This document shows positions 13,747 to 26,499 of a stretch of DNA of 64,000 bases, piece by piece. The position numbers and the translations under genes are program-made. The first letter of the stretch is position 1, and each line of letters starts with the position of its first letter. The DNA comes from the human T2T-CHM13v2.0 reference genome, Homo sapiens. Under the pieces are notes generated by a model. The model did not search any database and was not told where the DNA came from. It worked only from the letters and a program-made list of their open reading frames with translations. The stretch lies in the NCBI RefSeq assembly GCF_009914755.1, contig NC_060932.1; one strand, given 5' to 3'.

Positions 13747-15066
13747 AAAAATCAGACTTCCTAAGTTTGGGGAAAGTTTTATACAGAAGCAAATTGTTCT
13801 TAAAAAACAACTTATGTGACATATTATCCTTTATGTCTGAATTGTTTTTTTAAAGCTATGTTTAATACTCAGTAATTTTTTATTACACTTTGAAAATGTT
13901 TTTGGAAGGGTTTTCATTCATGTTTATTTTCCCAACTTCCTACTTTACTGTCAGCTGTTATTTGTAAATAGATACTATTTATAAATCAGACTTATTGGCA
14001 TAATTGTGGTGTTATTTATATGAATCACATGTGAATAAGTATGTTCTTTTTTGAGAATTTATACATAGTATTTTTATTTTTATTAACCAAAATTTTAAAA
14101 AGAAATGTGCTATCCTGATATTCTGTAAATATTTTGGGTATTTTCTGAGCAGCATATAGATGAAGTCTCACTTGAATAATCCCTAAATTCAAGTTTATCA
14201 GATTAATTTAATAAACTCTTGAAAATTAGATATATTTCTCACTTCCTAGCTGGATATTTTGGTGAAGCATCTAGGACACCAACACCATCACCTTTACAGC
14301 AGAATAAAGAGCATATTCACACAGTCGGCTAGTGGTCACGGCGCTTTTCCCTCTTGCTGCCAGCTCCCCACTGGCCCTGTGCAGGCTCCTGCCTAGGCCG
14401 GTGAAGGCAAGATAAGAGCAAGTGTTCAGTACTTCCAGGCACAACAGAGGGAACTCCACAGGCTGACACAGACGCTCGATCGCATGCAAAGAAAATCTCA
14501 TTTTCCTCCCAAAGCTGTCCCACCACGGCCCCAGGATATCCGTGGCTCTTCCAGATAGTGACAGGGACGGAGCTGAAGCACTGTCTCAGAGGCTGCAGAG
14601 CCCGTGAACAAGTCTCAGAGCCTCCTGGCTGAACCCCAAGACTCAGAGCTTTGGCTCCAGGTTGAGCTTCAACCTGCAGACAACCTTCAAAGGGCACACC
14701 AGCACTCCAGAATCAAGCATGGATGAAAGTGAGGCTGGCACTGAAAACGAGCAGAGACCACGAAAACTAAAACACTCTTCACACTCAAGAACTCACTTCT
14801 TTTGTTTTTAATTAGGCAAAGAACTCTATTCATCTTTGTTTCAAACTTTATTCCCAGGTTTTTTCAGCTTAATTAGCTGCAAAGAATGAATTGTGTATAA
14901 ACAAAAACTAAAAACAGCTGCAGTATCCAAGGGACTTGGGCTTAAAAATATTATAGATTTAGATTTTATGAGATCCATAAACAATTTTGAAAAGCAGTCA
15001 TAATATAAAATAGCAGCTCCCAGTAACTTCTTCAACTTCTACTTTCTTTAGAAGTTGACTCAATTC

Positions 15067-15202
15067 TATACCTAATGATAAATGACGAGTTAATGGGTGC
15101 AGCACACCAACATGGCACATGTATACATATGTAACAAACCTGCACGTTGTGCACATGTACCCTAAAACTTAAAGTATAATAATAATAAAATTAAAAAAAA
15201 AA
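15067..15202 (+). mobile_element. L1PA (PA3/PA4-like) 3' end inserted in the BTF3 pseudogene
   Basis: tatacctaatgataaatgacgagttaatgggtgcagcacaccaacatggc...cttaaagtataataat + A tail; perfect 17-bp TSD agaagttgactcaattc at 15050-15066 and 15203-15219. Confidence 0.95.
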
Positions 15203-15748
15203 AGAAGTTGACTCAATTCACTTTGCCTCATTCTTGGAAGCCTCATCAAAATTCTCCACAAGATCGGGAACTTCATTATCATCATCATCATCCTCTCCAG
15301 CAGCAAGTGCTGCTTTTCCATCTACAGATAGTTTAGTGGAGCTCCAGCCAGCCTCCTTAAACTAGTCAGTCTGCACCAAGCTGGTTTACAATGGTAAACC
15401 AGCTGGTAGCATTTCTTTCAGCAGCTTTGTCCCAGCATGGCCTGTCATGGTGAAAGTGTTCCCAGAGATACCTGACCTTTAGGGTTGCTAAAGTGGATTG
15501 CTGTTCATTGGTTTGTAAACATATTCACCTCTTCAGTACCAGAGATAGTGTTTACCCCTAACTTCTTTAAGGAGAGCTGTAGTTTTTTCTAATCTGCTGC
15601 AGCTGTTCTATGGACCACCTTCTTCCTTCCGCAAGCAGTTGCTTTCTCACCAATGCACACTGGTGCCTGCAGTCGGCTGAGCTTTCCCTGGTTCATGATT
15701 GTTGCTTTCAAATTGTTGGAGAGGAAAAGGGGTAGCAAGAGGGACTAG

Positions 15749-16514
15749 TGAAATGGGAGAGTTCCCTGATCCACCTTGCAGGACATGCGACAGGGATGTG
15801 GCTCATCTATTTGGCCACTATGCGCACTCCAACCCCTATGGGAGGGGGAGCACACAGACGAGCAGGTGCAGGAGCCAGGGCCAGAGCTCCTGGGCTCTGA
15901 CCCCACAGCGGCATCCAGGGGTGGTAGCCTGAGACTCCTGAAGCCCAAGTGGGCACATGTCACAGTGCACTCTTCTAGCTTTGCAGTTCACAGATGGCTT
16001 ACATGTTAACCAACTCAGTGCCCTCTTGGTACCTGGGTCCTTGTTCAGCATCCAGGAAGAATCAGGTCACACACAGACTCAGGGATGAATGCAGGGTTTT
16101 TATTGAGTGGTGAGGTGGCTCTCAGTGGGATGGATAGGGAGCTGGAAAGGGGATGGAGTGGGAAGACGATCTTCCCCTGGGGTTTGGCTGCCCAGTGGCC
16201 AATCTTGTCTCCAACTGTCCCCAGCCAAACTCCTCTCAGCATTCAGACACTCCTTCTCTTCTTTATGTTGCACTATTCTGCCATTCTTCTGCTCTTCTGT
16301 TTGTCCCCTCATGGAGCCTGGGGTTTGGGGTTTATATGAGTACAGGATGGGGACATGGCAGACCAAAAGGCAGTATTTTTTTTTCTATTTTAGGGAGCAA
16401 AAATAGGAGTGCCTGTTCTCATTTAGGGCCATGGGTTTCCAAGCTTGGGGGTGGGGCCTTTGCCAGGGAACTTCTTTTTTCTATCCAGTATTTCCCTGTC
16501 TCCAGTCTGTATCA
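15749..16514 (-). mobile_element. LTR1-family-like ERV1 solo LTR inserted in the pseudogene 5'UTR
   Basis: 766 bp, TG...CA; minus strand begins TGATACAGACTGGAGACAGGGAAATACTGG; 4-bp TSD ctag at 15745-15748 and 16515-16518; AATAAA on the minus strand near 16100. Confidence 0.9.
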
Positions 16515-18523
16515 CTAGGGTTGGCACTCAAGGGGTCTCAGGTAGAACAGCTGAGATTAGGTGCTGTATGTGGAGATGCAAAATGGCCTCAAGAATTCAT
16601 TTCTATAGCATATACCTGCCCCACACACAATAAAAAAAGAAAAGAAAAGAAAAAGACACAAGATAAAGCTATATTAGCCAAAGTCTACAAGCAGAACATC
16701 TGGGGGAAAAATCTATAAAGGACAATTAGTCTCCCTTCTGGATAGTATTCAGAAAAAAAAAAATCTTTACTTTTCTAATTAGTGTGAAGTTAACTTAGAG
16801 AAAACAGGAATGTGGTAAAGGAAACACAAATTGAGAGTCAAATGGACCTGGATTCAAATCCAGACTCGAATTTACTATTCCTAATTCATCTATGCCTTGC
16901 AGCTACAGATGAGAAAAGGAAAAATCAAAAGTGAAACCAGACTCAGATGCTGGCTTCCCAGAACTCGTGCCGTATCAGGTAAAAGAGACACTAGACAGGC
17001 AGTCCTGCACGGGCGATATCAGCCTCAAGCAAGCCCTGAGCCAACCCAACTACCCTAGTCCAGAATGTTAGGAAAGGCTCTGCTGTGGCCCAAATGGAGA
17101 GAAGTTCATCAAGGAGAGAAACACATTGTGTGCATTTCCTCAGTCACAGAGACCTGGGAGGGCTCCACTGCGACAGCAGTTCAGGGTCCCTATGTGGCGG
17201 GAGCAATTCAGCAGTGAGCCACCTGCCGAAGGTGGGCCCTGGGCTGCGGGAGCACCAGCAGGTCGACAAAGTTCCTCTGAGCGAGGTGGGGCTGTTTCCT
17301 AAGGGCAGTCGACAGCCACTGAAAACATTAGGCAGGGAGGGGGCGCGGTCAGGCTTGCCTTTATAGAAAGTTTACTTTTGTTGACAATGAGAGGACTGCA
17401 TTGCGGACAGTAAAACTGGTAGCAGGGAGTCTGGTGGGAGCCACTTGGAATAATCCAGGAGAGAGATGATCTGCACCTGAACAAGACGACTGTAAGGCAG
17501 GGGTGGAGAAGAGGAAATAAGATGGAGGAGTTTGAGGGTTGAATTGAATAGGAGTGGAAGGTGCAGAAAAGGAAAGAGGGAGGCACGGAGCGGAACAGGC
17601 CTCTCTTGGCTATCGCCGGACCAGGGGTGGGGGTGGGGTGCTACTCACAGAGCAGTGACCCATCTAAGACAGGAGCAGGTTGGGAGGACGGGTGGAGACT
17701 GTTGGCCAGAGCTCAGGAGAGAGTTTGGGGCTACAATGGCTATTTGGGGAATCTCTGCAAGGTTGTTAATTGATGGCATCCAAGTAGAAGAGGCCACAAA
17801 GGGAGCGTATGTAGAGAAAGGATCCTAGAGGACAGGCCTATAAGGAACAGCTGCTTTTAAGAGCAGGCAGAGTAAGAGATGTCATCAGAGGAGATTGGGA
17901 AGCACACCCGGGGCTGCTGGAGAACAGAGACCCCATCTGTTTGGTTCTCCATTGCAGTCTCAGGTCTCCAAACAAGGCCTGAGACAACAGACATATCTGT
18001 TATGTAAATTAGCTGCTGATGACCACATGACATCGCAGAAAAAAAAAGGAAAAATCAGATCTCAGGAAGAAGAGCATTCTCAAGAGAACCTGAAGTTGTG
18101 TTTACCTGTGGAGGGTGTTTCTGCCCTTCGAGAGTAGGCCACTGCGTGCCACCATAAATAGTTCTCCTTAGTCCATAAAATGCCATGGACACTACTAGCA
18201 AAGTCTACCATAGGCAGAGATGAGTAACAGGCTTTGTGTGGGTCGCCCCAGCCCTGTAGAAGCCATCTTAGCCCATGTGAGACCTGAAATAGTCTGAAAG
18301 CTCTCAGCTCCCTGTCCATGCTTTTTATCGTCTAAGGATCCCCTGCCCTGTCCTTGTGAGTGCCATGAACTCTATTGCCTTTCTCAGCAATCACTAAAAT
18401 TCACGTGTGTTTCAGTTCACCCCAGCCCAGCTCTTCCTCCAGGAACTACCCCCTAATTGCTCCCCTCATCCAGGAGCCAGACTCCTCTAACTCACAGACT
18501 CCACCTATTGTCCTTGGACACTT

Positions 18524-18630
18524 AATTTTTTTTTCTTTTCTTTTTCTTTTTTGGAGATGGGGTCTCACTCTGTCACCCAGGCTGGAGTGCAGTGGCACCA
18601 TTATGGCTCTCTGCAGGTTCGAACTCCGGG
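18524..18630 (-). mobile_element. Alu 3' fragment (AluJ/FRAM-like)
   Basis: T-rich tail then gagatggggtctcactctgtcacccaggctggagtgcagtgg, truncated. Confidence 0.85.
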
Positions 18631-21085
18631 TGTTTATTACTAATTTCTGGGTATTTGCTGTCTTTTCTATTCAACCATGTAATAAGGTGCTGAGAACAAG
18701 ATCATTTTATGGGTTTTCTGCACCCACAATGTCTAGAAAGTATCAGATCTTCCATAAATATTTGTTGACAATCAATAGCCCCATCCTCATTCCCATGGCA
18801 CCATGTCCGTCGATCACAGAAATAATACAACATTTGCCACAGTGGGTGGGCATGTCGGTGTTTTTGTCTTTCCCATTGGCAAGAAATAAGAGCATTAGAA
18901 ATAAAAGATGTGTTTTTATTAGTAGTAGTACTTGAAGAAATCTGAGTAAACTGATTGAAAATTCTATTTATTTTTGTAAACGTGTTTCTAACACCACTTA
19001 TTTTATTTTCTTTGATCATTTTAGCTACAAAATAAAAGTAGCACTTCCAGAATAGAAGGCTTCTATGATAAGAACACATTCAGGGTCAGAGTGTTCTCTT
19101 TCCTTCCCGGGAGCGTTGTCCTGGCCTCCACCATGGAAGGAGAAGAACATCTCCCACCTCAGGCCCTTGAAGCTCCTCGTTGCATTAGCTGCCTGGTTGT
19201 GAAATCTGTGTTACCAAGCACTCCCAGGCATGAATTATAAGTCCTGGGACAGTGGGAACAACTAAAGAACATTTTGATTGGGGATAGAACCCAGTTCTCT
19301 TTAGTAAGACACCTTAAGGTGTTTTGCGTTCTGCAAGGACAGATAGTAAATGGTCAACAGGCAAGTATTCACACACAGGTAAGACACAGGTCATCTTACA
19401 TGTGTAAGCTGATTTTATGGGCCCTAATTTTTCAAAAACTTTGCTTCATTAGGCTTAAGTGTGACCACTGACCATTTCAACAACATTGGCCTCTATGTTT
19501 TGGTTCAGTCATTAATTATTGATGTAGCCTTGATAAAATCACTTCAGTCTCTGAACTTCAGCTTTAACTGTAAAATAAAAAGGATTTGTCCAATGTCATC
19601 TTGAATCTCTTGAAATTCTGTCCTTGATTCTGAGACTTAAACATTACAGAAAGAAATGCAGCGTTTTTTGATGCCCTGTGTGTATATCTCTATTGCAGCT
19701 CTAACTGCAATCTATTCAAATCAGTTCTTGAATAGTTCATTTCTCCCACTAAAACAAGCTCCATGGGAGCAGGAGTGAGTCCCATTACCTCTGGCGCCCC
19801 AGGTAGAGCGAAGAGCTCTCAGCACCCATGGGCCCAAAGTCCCTTAACTAGTGGATGAACACGCCGGCTCTATGCCAGCTCTCATACTTCTGGATCCTCT
19901 AGCCTGCTTACATCCCACTTAACCTTTGGCTTGGTAAACCCAAGAGAAATGGAATTCATTGAAAGGCCCATGATGGCTGCCCTTACCTCCCTGTCTTACG
20001 TCTCTTTGTGCCCACAGAAACCGCCTGGGACCAGAAAAACATAGACGTGACTATGCAAACACACAGAAGATGAGGAAGACAGGTCTTCATACTTGCCTAT
20101 AAGGCCTTTTTATTCATCACTATTCTTTGCCGTTCACCTGAACTATTCTTTAACTCACATTCTAGGTTAGAAGATAGCAGATTCCTAGAATGTTCAACGT
20201 TACATGATACTTAAAGCAGCACAAGGCTTCACCTAAAATAAATCTTGCAGTGACTTACAAAGCTAATGAATCTGGTGTGACTCCTTTCAATATTTTCATT
20301 ACATTGAGCCACTAAAACTTATTTAAAAAAATCTAGGATTTGAAAAAAATAACCTACTATACTGAAAAGTTTAATTTCATTTATCACCATTTTGGAATAA
20401 TCTACCTGAATAAAGTTTCAAAGTACTACTAGATTCTTAGACCCAGGCAATACTTTACGGTTTTAGTAAGGACTTTCAACCCTTTTCCTCCAGTTCAAGA
20501 AAGGCTCTATCATCTTCATAAATGACAGAACAATCATGGTCCTTGGCGGGCCTCCCTCCATGGCCAAGAGTGTGAAGCATATCTTGAATGAAAGTCTAAC
20601 TACTCCATTTGTACTTATAAGATGACACCAATATAATACAAATTGGAAGAAATGTTTTGCCTCAAGAAATAAATTGTTCCTGAGATGCTACAAAACAAGT
20701 ATTTATAATAAGTGCAGACTAGGAACAAGAGAGTTTGCATGGGAATTTCAAACACTGACCCTAAATGCCTTATGTTGATTGTACTAAAGAGCATGGCATT
20801 TTGTTTTGTAATTTTGCTTTTAATCTATAGTATCATTTTACAATTACATACACTCAAATCAAAGTAAAAGCACATAAAAATGATTCCGTAGTACTACTAC
20901 ACAGTGGGGGTCCATAAACATCTGTGCCATAACCAACATAACAAAAACGAATGAAGTTAAACAATAATGCAAAATACTATAAAAACATTTCTCTTCATGG
21001 CAATGCTGGTGTTTACAATTGTCTACTGTTGCAGGATCACTTAGAAGAATACAAAACCCAAAAATTTACTTTGAGAATATAGAGT

Positions 21086-21493
21086 TGTTAAAGCAAATAA
21101 GAGGAGACCCTTGGCCTAAGGTTTCCTCTGTACCCAGAGCACTATGTAAGCAAACTGAAACTTGACTTGGAGGGCATTTTTTTATAACTGACTAAAAAAA
21201 GGAAAAAAAAGGAAGAAACACCTAGACTCAGACAACCACAAACAGTCAAGCACCAGGTTAGCTGTGGAACTAGGGATCTACAATCACGCTATGCCTAAAT
21301 GAGGCAAACACCTATGGTAGGCAATCAGGAAATGTCTTAACTTTGCTTCCACGTTCAGCCTCTGAAAGCTCAGTGCTCACTCTAGCAGAGCACTCTGAGC
21401 TCTGCCGGTTTTGACTGCTCCCAAGTTCATGAATTGTTCTTTGTTTAAATAGATTCTGTTAAATTTATTTTCTCTAAAGTTTTCCTTTTAAGA
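21086..21493 (+). mobile_element. ERV1 solo LTR (MER57-like)
   Basis: Starts tgttaaagcaaa, ends ...tttcttttaaga-like degenerate CA terminus; 4-bp TSD gagt at 21082-21085 and 21494-21497. Confidence 0.65.
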
Positions 21494-21577
21494 GAGTAAA
21501 CAAAAAAGAAAAGTTAAAAGTAAAATTTTGTTCTCTTAAATTTCACATATGTATTCTATTGCTTAACACATTAAATA

Positions 21578-22711
21578 CAGTCATGCACCACATAACGATG
21601 TTTCAGTCAGTGATGGACCACATATGCACTGGTGGTCCCATAGGATTACAATGGAACTGACAAATTCCTATTGTCTAGTGATGTCATCACCAAAGTAAGG
21701 TCATTGTGTAATGCATTACTCACATGTTTGTGGTTATGATGATGTAAACACACCTACTGTGCTGCCAGTGTTATAAAAGTCTAGCACATACAGTTATGTA
21801 TAGTATATAATACTTGATAATGATAATAAATGACTATGTGACTGATTTATATACTCATTATACTTTTAATCATTATTTTAGTTACTCCTTCTGCTTATAT
21901 ATTTTTTCAGAGTAAACTGTAAATTAGCCTCAGGCAGGTCCTTCAAAATGTGTTCCAGAAGAAGGTATTGCTATCATAGGAGATGACAGCTCTATGGGTG
22001 CTACTGCCCCAAAGATGTTCTACTGGGACAAGATACGGAGGTGGAAGATGGTAATATTGATGATCCTGATCCTGTGCAGGCCTAGGCGAATGTGTGTGTT
22101 TGTGTCTTCATTTTTAACAAAAAGTATTAAATGAAAAAAAAATTTAAAAATTTAAGAATAAAAAATGTATAGAATAAGGAGATAAAGAGAGAAAATATGT
22201 TTGTACAGCTGTAAAATGTGTTTGTGTTTTAAGCTGAGTGTTATTATAAAAGAATCAAAAAAGTTAAAAAAATTAAAGTTTATAATGAAAAACTTTATAG
22301 TAGGCTTAGTTTAATTATTATTGAAGACAGAAAAATGTTTTATAAATTTAGTGTAGCCTAAGTCTACAGTGTTTATAAAGTCTACAGTGGTGTACAGGAA
22401 TGTCCTAGGCCTTCACATTTACTCGCCACTCACTCACTGACTTCCCCCAGAGCAACTTCCATCCTGCAAGCTCCATTCATGGTATGTGCCCTACATAGGT
22501 GTACCAGTTTTTGCCTTTTATATGGTATTTTTCTGTACCTTTTCTATTTTACATATGTTTAGATACATAAATACTTACCCTTGTATTCCAGTTGCCTACA
22601 GTACTCAGTACAGTAACATGCTGTATAGGTTTGTAGCCTGAGAGCACAATGACAGAATCACCTAATGATGCATTTCTCAGGACCTACCCCCATTGTTAAG
22701 TAACACATAAC
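21578..22711 (+). mobile_element. Tigger3/GOLEM-type (Tigger3b-like) non-autonomous DNA transposon
   Basis: TA then TIR cagtcatgcaccacataacgatgtttcagtc; 3' end cattgttaagtaacacataact. Confidence 0.85.
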
Positions 22712-23840
22712 TTAAACTAGACTTCACTAAAATTAAAAACGCTATGTGAAAGACACTGTCAAGAGAATGAAAAGACAAGTGACAGACTGAAAGAAAATAT
22801 GTGCAAAATATATTTCTGATAAAAGATAGTTATCCAAAATATACCTAAAAATAAAACTCAACAATAAGAAAACAAAAAAATGGGTAAAAGCCCCACTAAC
22901 ACCTCACCAAAGAAGATATACAGATGAGAAATAAGCATATGAAAATACGCTTAATATCATAGTCATTAGAAAGTTACAAATTAAAACAATGAGATACCAC
23001 TACACAATCATTTAGAATGGCCAAAATCCAAAACACTGACAACACTAAATGCTGGTGAGGATGCTGAGCAGCAGAGACTCTTATTGGTTGCTGGTGGGAA
23101 TGCAAAACAGTAGAGCCACTTTGGGAAAGTTTGGCAGTTTCTTACAAAAATAAGCATACTCTTGCCATATAATCCAGCATCTGTGCTCCTTGGCATTTAC
23201 TCAAATAGAGGAAATCTTAATTCACACAGAACCTGCACACAGATGTTTATAGAAGGTTTAATCATCATTGTCAAGACTTGGGAGCAAATAAGATGTCTTT
23301 CAGCAGGTGAATGGATAAACTGTAGTACATCCACACCAGGAACTATTAAGCAGAAATGAGCTATCAAGCCATAAAAAGACATGGAGGAAACTCAAATGCA
23401 CACTACTAAGTGAAAGAAGCCAATCTGAAAAGGCTATGTGCTATGTGACACACTATGGCATTCAGGAAAAGGCAAAACTATGAAGACAATAAAAAGATCA
23501 ATGTTTGCCAATGGTTAGAAGAGAAGGGGGAAGGATAGGTGGAGCACAGAGGACTTTTAGGGCAGGGAAACTATTCTGTATGATAGTATAATGGTGAATA
23601 TATGCCATTACATGTCAGTCAAAACCCCTAGAGTGTACACCAAGAGTGAACCCAAGTGATAACTATGAACTTTAAGTAATAAATATGTGTCAATGTAGGT
23701 TCATCACTTGTAACATCTCATTCAGGGTATTGACAGGGGGTAGCTTACAGGAGCAAGATGGCATATGATGGGCCCTCTCTGTACTGTCCACTTAATTTTG
23801 CCATGAACCTAAACTGCTCTAAATAATAAAGTCTGCTTTA
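22712..23840 (+). mobile_element. L1M (L1MB/L1MC-like) ORF2 end and 3'UTR
   Basis: L1 ORF2 C-terminal motifs followed by old 3'UTR ending aaaataataaagtc. Confidence 0.85.
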
Positions 23841-24202
23841 AAGTGTCAACATAATCAAATAACCTTTTCTGAATTTTTTTCCTTCATTACACATTTTAGA
23901 TTTCAAAACCAATTTTTATGTCTAGCTCATTCTATGAATATATCATTGCTATATTTTCATAATCTGGGTGTCATCAAACTATAAGCCTTATTTTGGAGTG
24001 ATAGGAAGAAAACCCCCAAGTAATCTCTGAACAGTTTACCAATTGTCTACTATGTACCATTGATGTGTCTATATGCCATGGATGTAGAGATGATTAAGAT
24101 GAAATCTCTGTCCCTAATGGCTAACCCTCTAATTCTCTAACGGAAGAAGGCAGAAAAGTAAACAATCAATAAACATTTATGTACAAATAAACACTGACAT
24201 TG

Positions 24203-26499
24203 TATATTAGTCTGTTCTCATGCTGTTAATAAAAACATACCCCAAGACTGGGTAATTGTTAAAGGAAAGAGGTTTAATGGACTCACAGTTCCACATGGCT
24301 GGGGAGGCCTCACATTCATGGCAGAAGGTGAAAGAGAAGCAAAGTCAAGTTTTACATGGTGGAAGGCAAGAAAGCATATGCAGAACTGCCCTTTATGATA
24401 CCATCAGATCTCATGAGACTTACTCACTATCACAAGAACAGCACAAGAAAGACCCACCCCCATGATTCAATTACCTCCCACTGAGTCCCTCCCATGACAT
24501 GTGGAAATTATGAGAGCTACAATTCAAGATGAGATTTAGGTGGGGACACAGCCAACCACATCATTCTGCCCCTGGCCCCTCCCAAATCTCATGTTCTCAC
24601 ATTTCAAAACCAATCATGCCTTCCCAACAGTCTCCCAAAGTCTTTATTCATGTCAGCATTAATACAAAAGTCCACAATCCAAAGTTTCATCAAAGACAAG
24701 ACAAGTCCCTTCCACCTAAGAGCCTGTAAAATCAAAAGCAAGTTAGTTACTTCCTAGATACAATGGGGGTACAGGCATTGAATAAATACACCCATTCCAA
24801 ATGGGAGAAATTGGCCAAAACAAAGGTGTTACAGACCCCATGCAAGTCTGAAATCCAAAGGTGTAGTCAAATCTTAAAGCTGCAAAATGATCTCCATTGA
24901 CTCCATGTCTCACATCCAGGTCACACTGATGCAAGAGGTGGATTTCCATGGTCTTAGGCAGCTCCACCCCTGTGGCTTTGCAGGGTACAGCCCCCTCCTG
25001 GTTGCTTTCAGGAACTGGCGTTGAGTGTCTGCAGCTTTTCCAGGCACATAGTGCAAGCTATCCGTGGAACTACCATTTTGGGGTCCGGAGGACGGTGGCC
25101 CTCTTCTCACAGCTCCACTAGGACTCTGTGTGGGGGTTCCCATTCCACATTCCCTTTTGCACTGTCCTAGCAGAGGTTCTCCATTAGGGCTCTGCCCTGC
25201 AGCACACCTATGCCTGGACACCCAGGCATTTTCATACATCCTCTGAAATCTAGGCAGGGGTTCCCAAACCTCAATTCTTAACTTCTGTGGACTCACATGC
25301 TCAACACCATGTATAAGCCATCAAAGCTTGGGGCTTGCACCCTCTGAAGCAATGACCTGAGCTCTACTTTGGCCCCTTTTAGCCATGGCTGGGACACAGG
25401 GCATCAAGTCCTGAGACTGCACACAGCAAGGGGCCCGGAACCATTTTTTTTCCTTCTAGGCCTCCAAGGCCTGTGATGGGAGGGGCTGCTGTGGAGACCT
25501 CAGACATGTTCTGAAGATATTTTCCCCATTGTCTTGGCAATTAACACTGGACTCCTCATTACTTATGCAAATTTCTGCAGCCAGCTTGAATTTATCCTCA
25601 GAAAATGGGTTTCTCTTTTGTGTCACATCATCAGGCTCCAAATTTTCCAAACTTTTATGTTGTACTTCCCTTTTAAACATAAGTTCCTATCCCAAAGCAT
25701 ATCTTTGTGAATACATAAAACCAAATGCTTTTAACAGGACCCAAGAGCACTTTGCTGCTTAGAAATTTCTTCTGCCAGATGCCCTAAATCATCTCTCTCT
25801 AGCTCAAAGTTCCACAAATCTCTAGGACAAGGGCAAAATGCCACCAGACTCTTTGCTAAAACATAGCAACGGTCACCTTAATTCCAGTTCCCAACAAGTT
25901 CCTCATCTCCATCTGAGACCACATCAGCCTGGACTTTATTTTCCATATCACTATCAGCATTTTGGTCAAAGCCATTTAACAAGTCTCTAGGAAGTTCCAA
26001 ACTTTCCTACATCTTCCTCTCTTCTTCTGAGCCCCTCAAACTGTTCCAATCTCTGCCTGTTACCCAGTTCCAAAGTCGCTTCCACAGTTTCGGGTACCTT
26101 TACAACAGCGCGCCACTCTACCAGTACCAATTTACTGTGTTAGTCTGTTCTCACCCTGCTAATAAAGACATACCTGAGACTGGGTAATTTATAAAGGAAA
26201 GAGGTTTAATGGACTCACATTTCCACATAGCTGGGGAGGCCTCACAATTATGGCAGAAGGCAAAGGAGAAGCAAAGACACATCTTACATGGCAGCAGGCA
26301 AGAGAGCGTGTGTAGGGAAACTCCCCTTTATAAAATCATCAGATCTCAAGAGACTTGTCCACTACCATGAGAACAGCTTGGGAAAGACCCATCCCCATAA
26401 TTTAATTACCTCCCACTAGGTCCCTCCCATGATGTGTGGGAATTATGGGAGCTACAATTCAAGATGAGATTTGGGTGGGGACACAGCCAAACCATATCA
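24203..26499 (-). mobile_element. Full-length THE1 MaLR element (LTR 24203-24563, internal 24564-26135, LTR 26136-26499)
   Basis: Two ~360-bp THE1 LTRs ending ggacacagccaa(a)ccatatca around a 1.57-kb THE1 internal region; near-TSD cattg / catgg. Confidence 0.93.

Larger units (their letters stand above)
14801..16587 (-). pseudogene. BTF3P: Processed pseudogene of BTF3 (basic transcription factor 3 / NAC beta, short isoform), full length with 5'UTR, CDS homology 15218-15711, 3'UTR and poly(A) remnant
   Basis: Minus strand reads [62 protein letters not shown] ... [26 protein letters not shown], matching BTF3. Intronless; first ATG changed to TTG; in-frame TAG at 15589-15591; TSD ctcaagaa(c/t)tca(c/t)ttct at 14784-14800 and 16588-16604. 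The specific BTF3P number was not determined. Confidence 0.96.

Noticed and set aside
18375-19079. 186-aa and 125-aa ORFs
   Set aside because: The longer one runs through an Alu fragment; neither resembles a protein I recognise.
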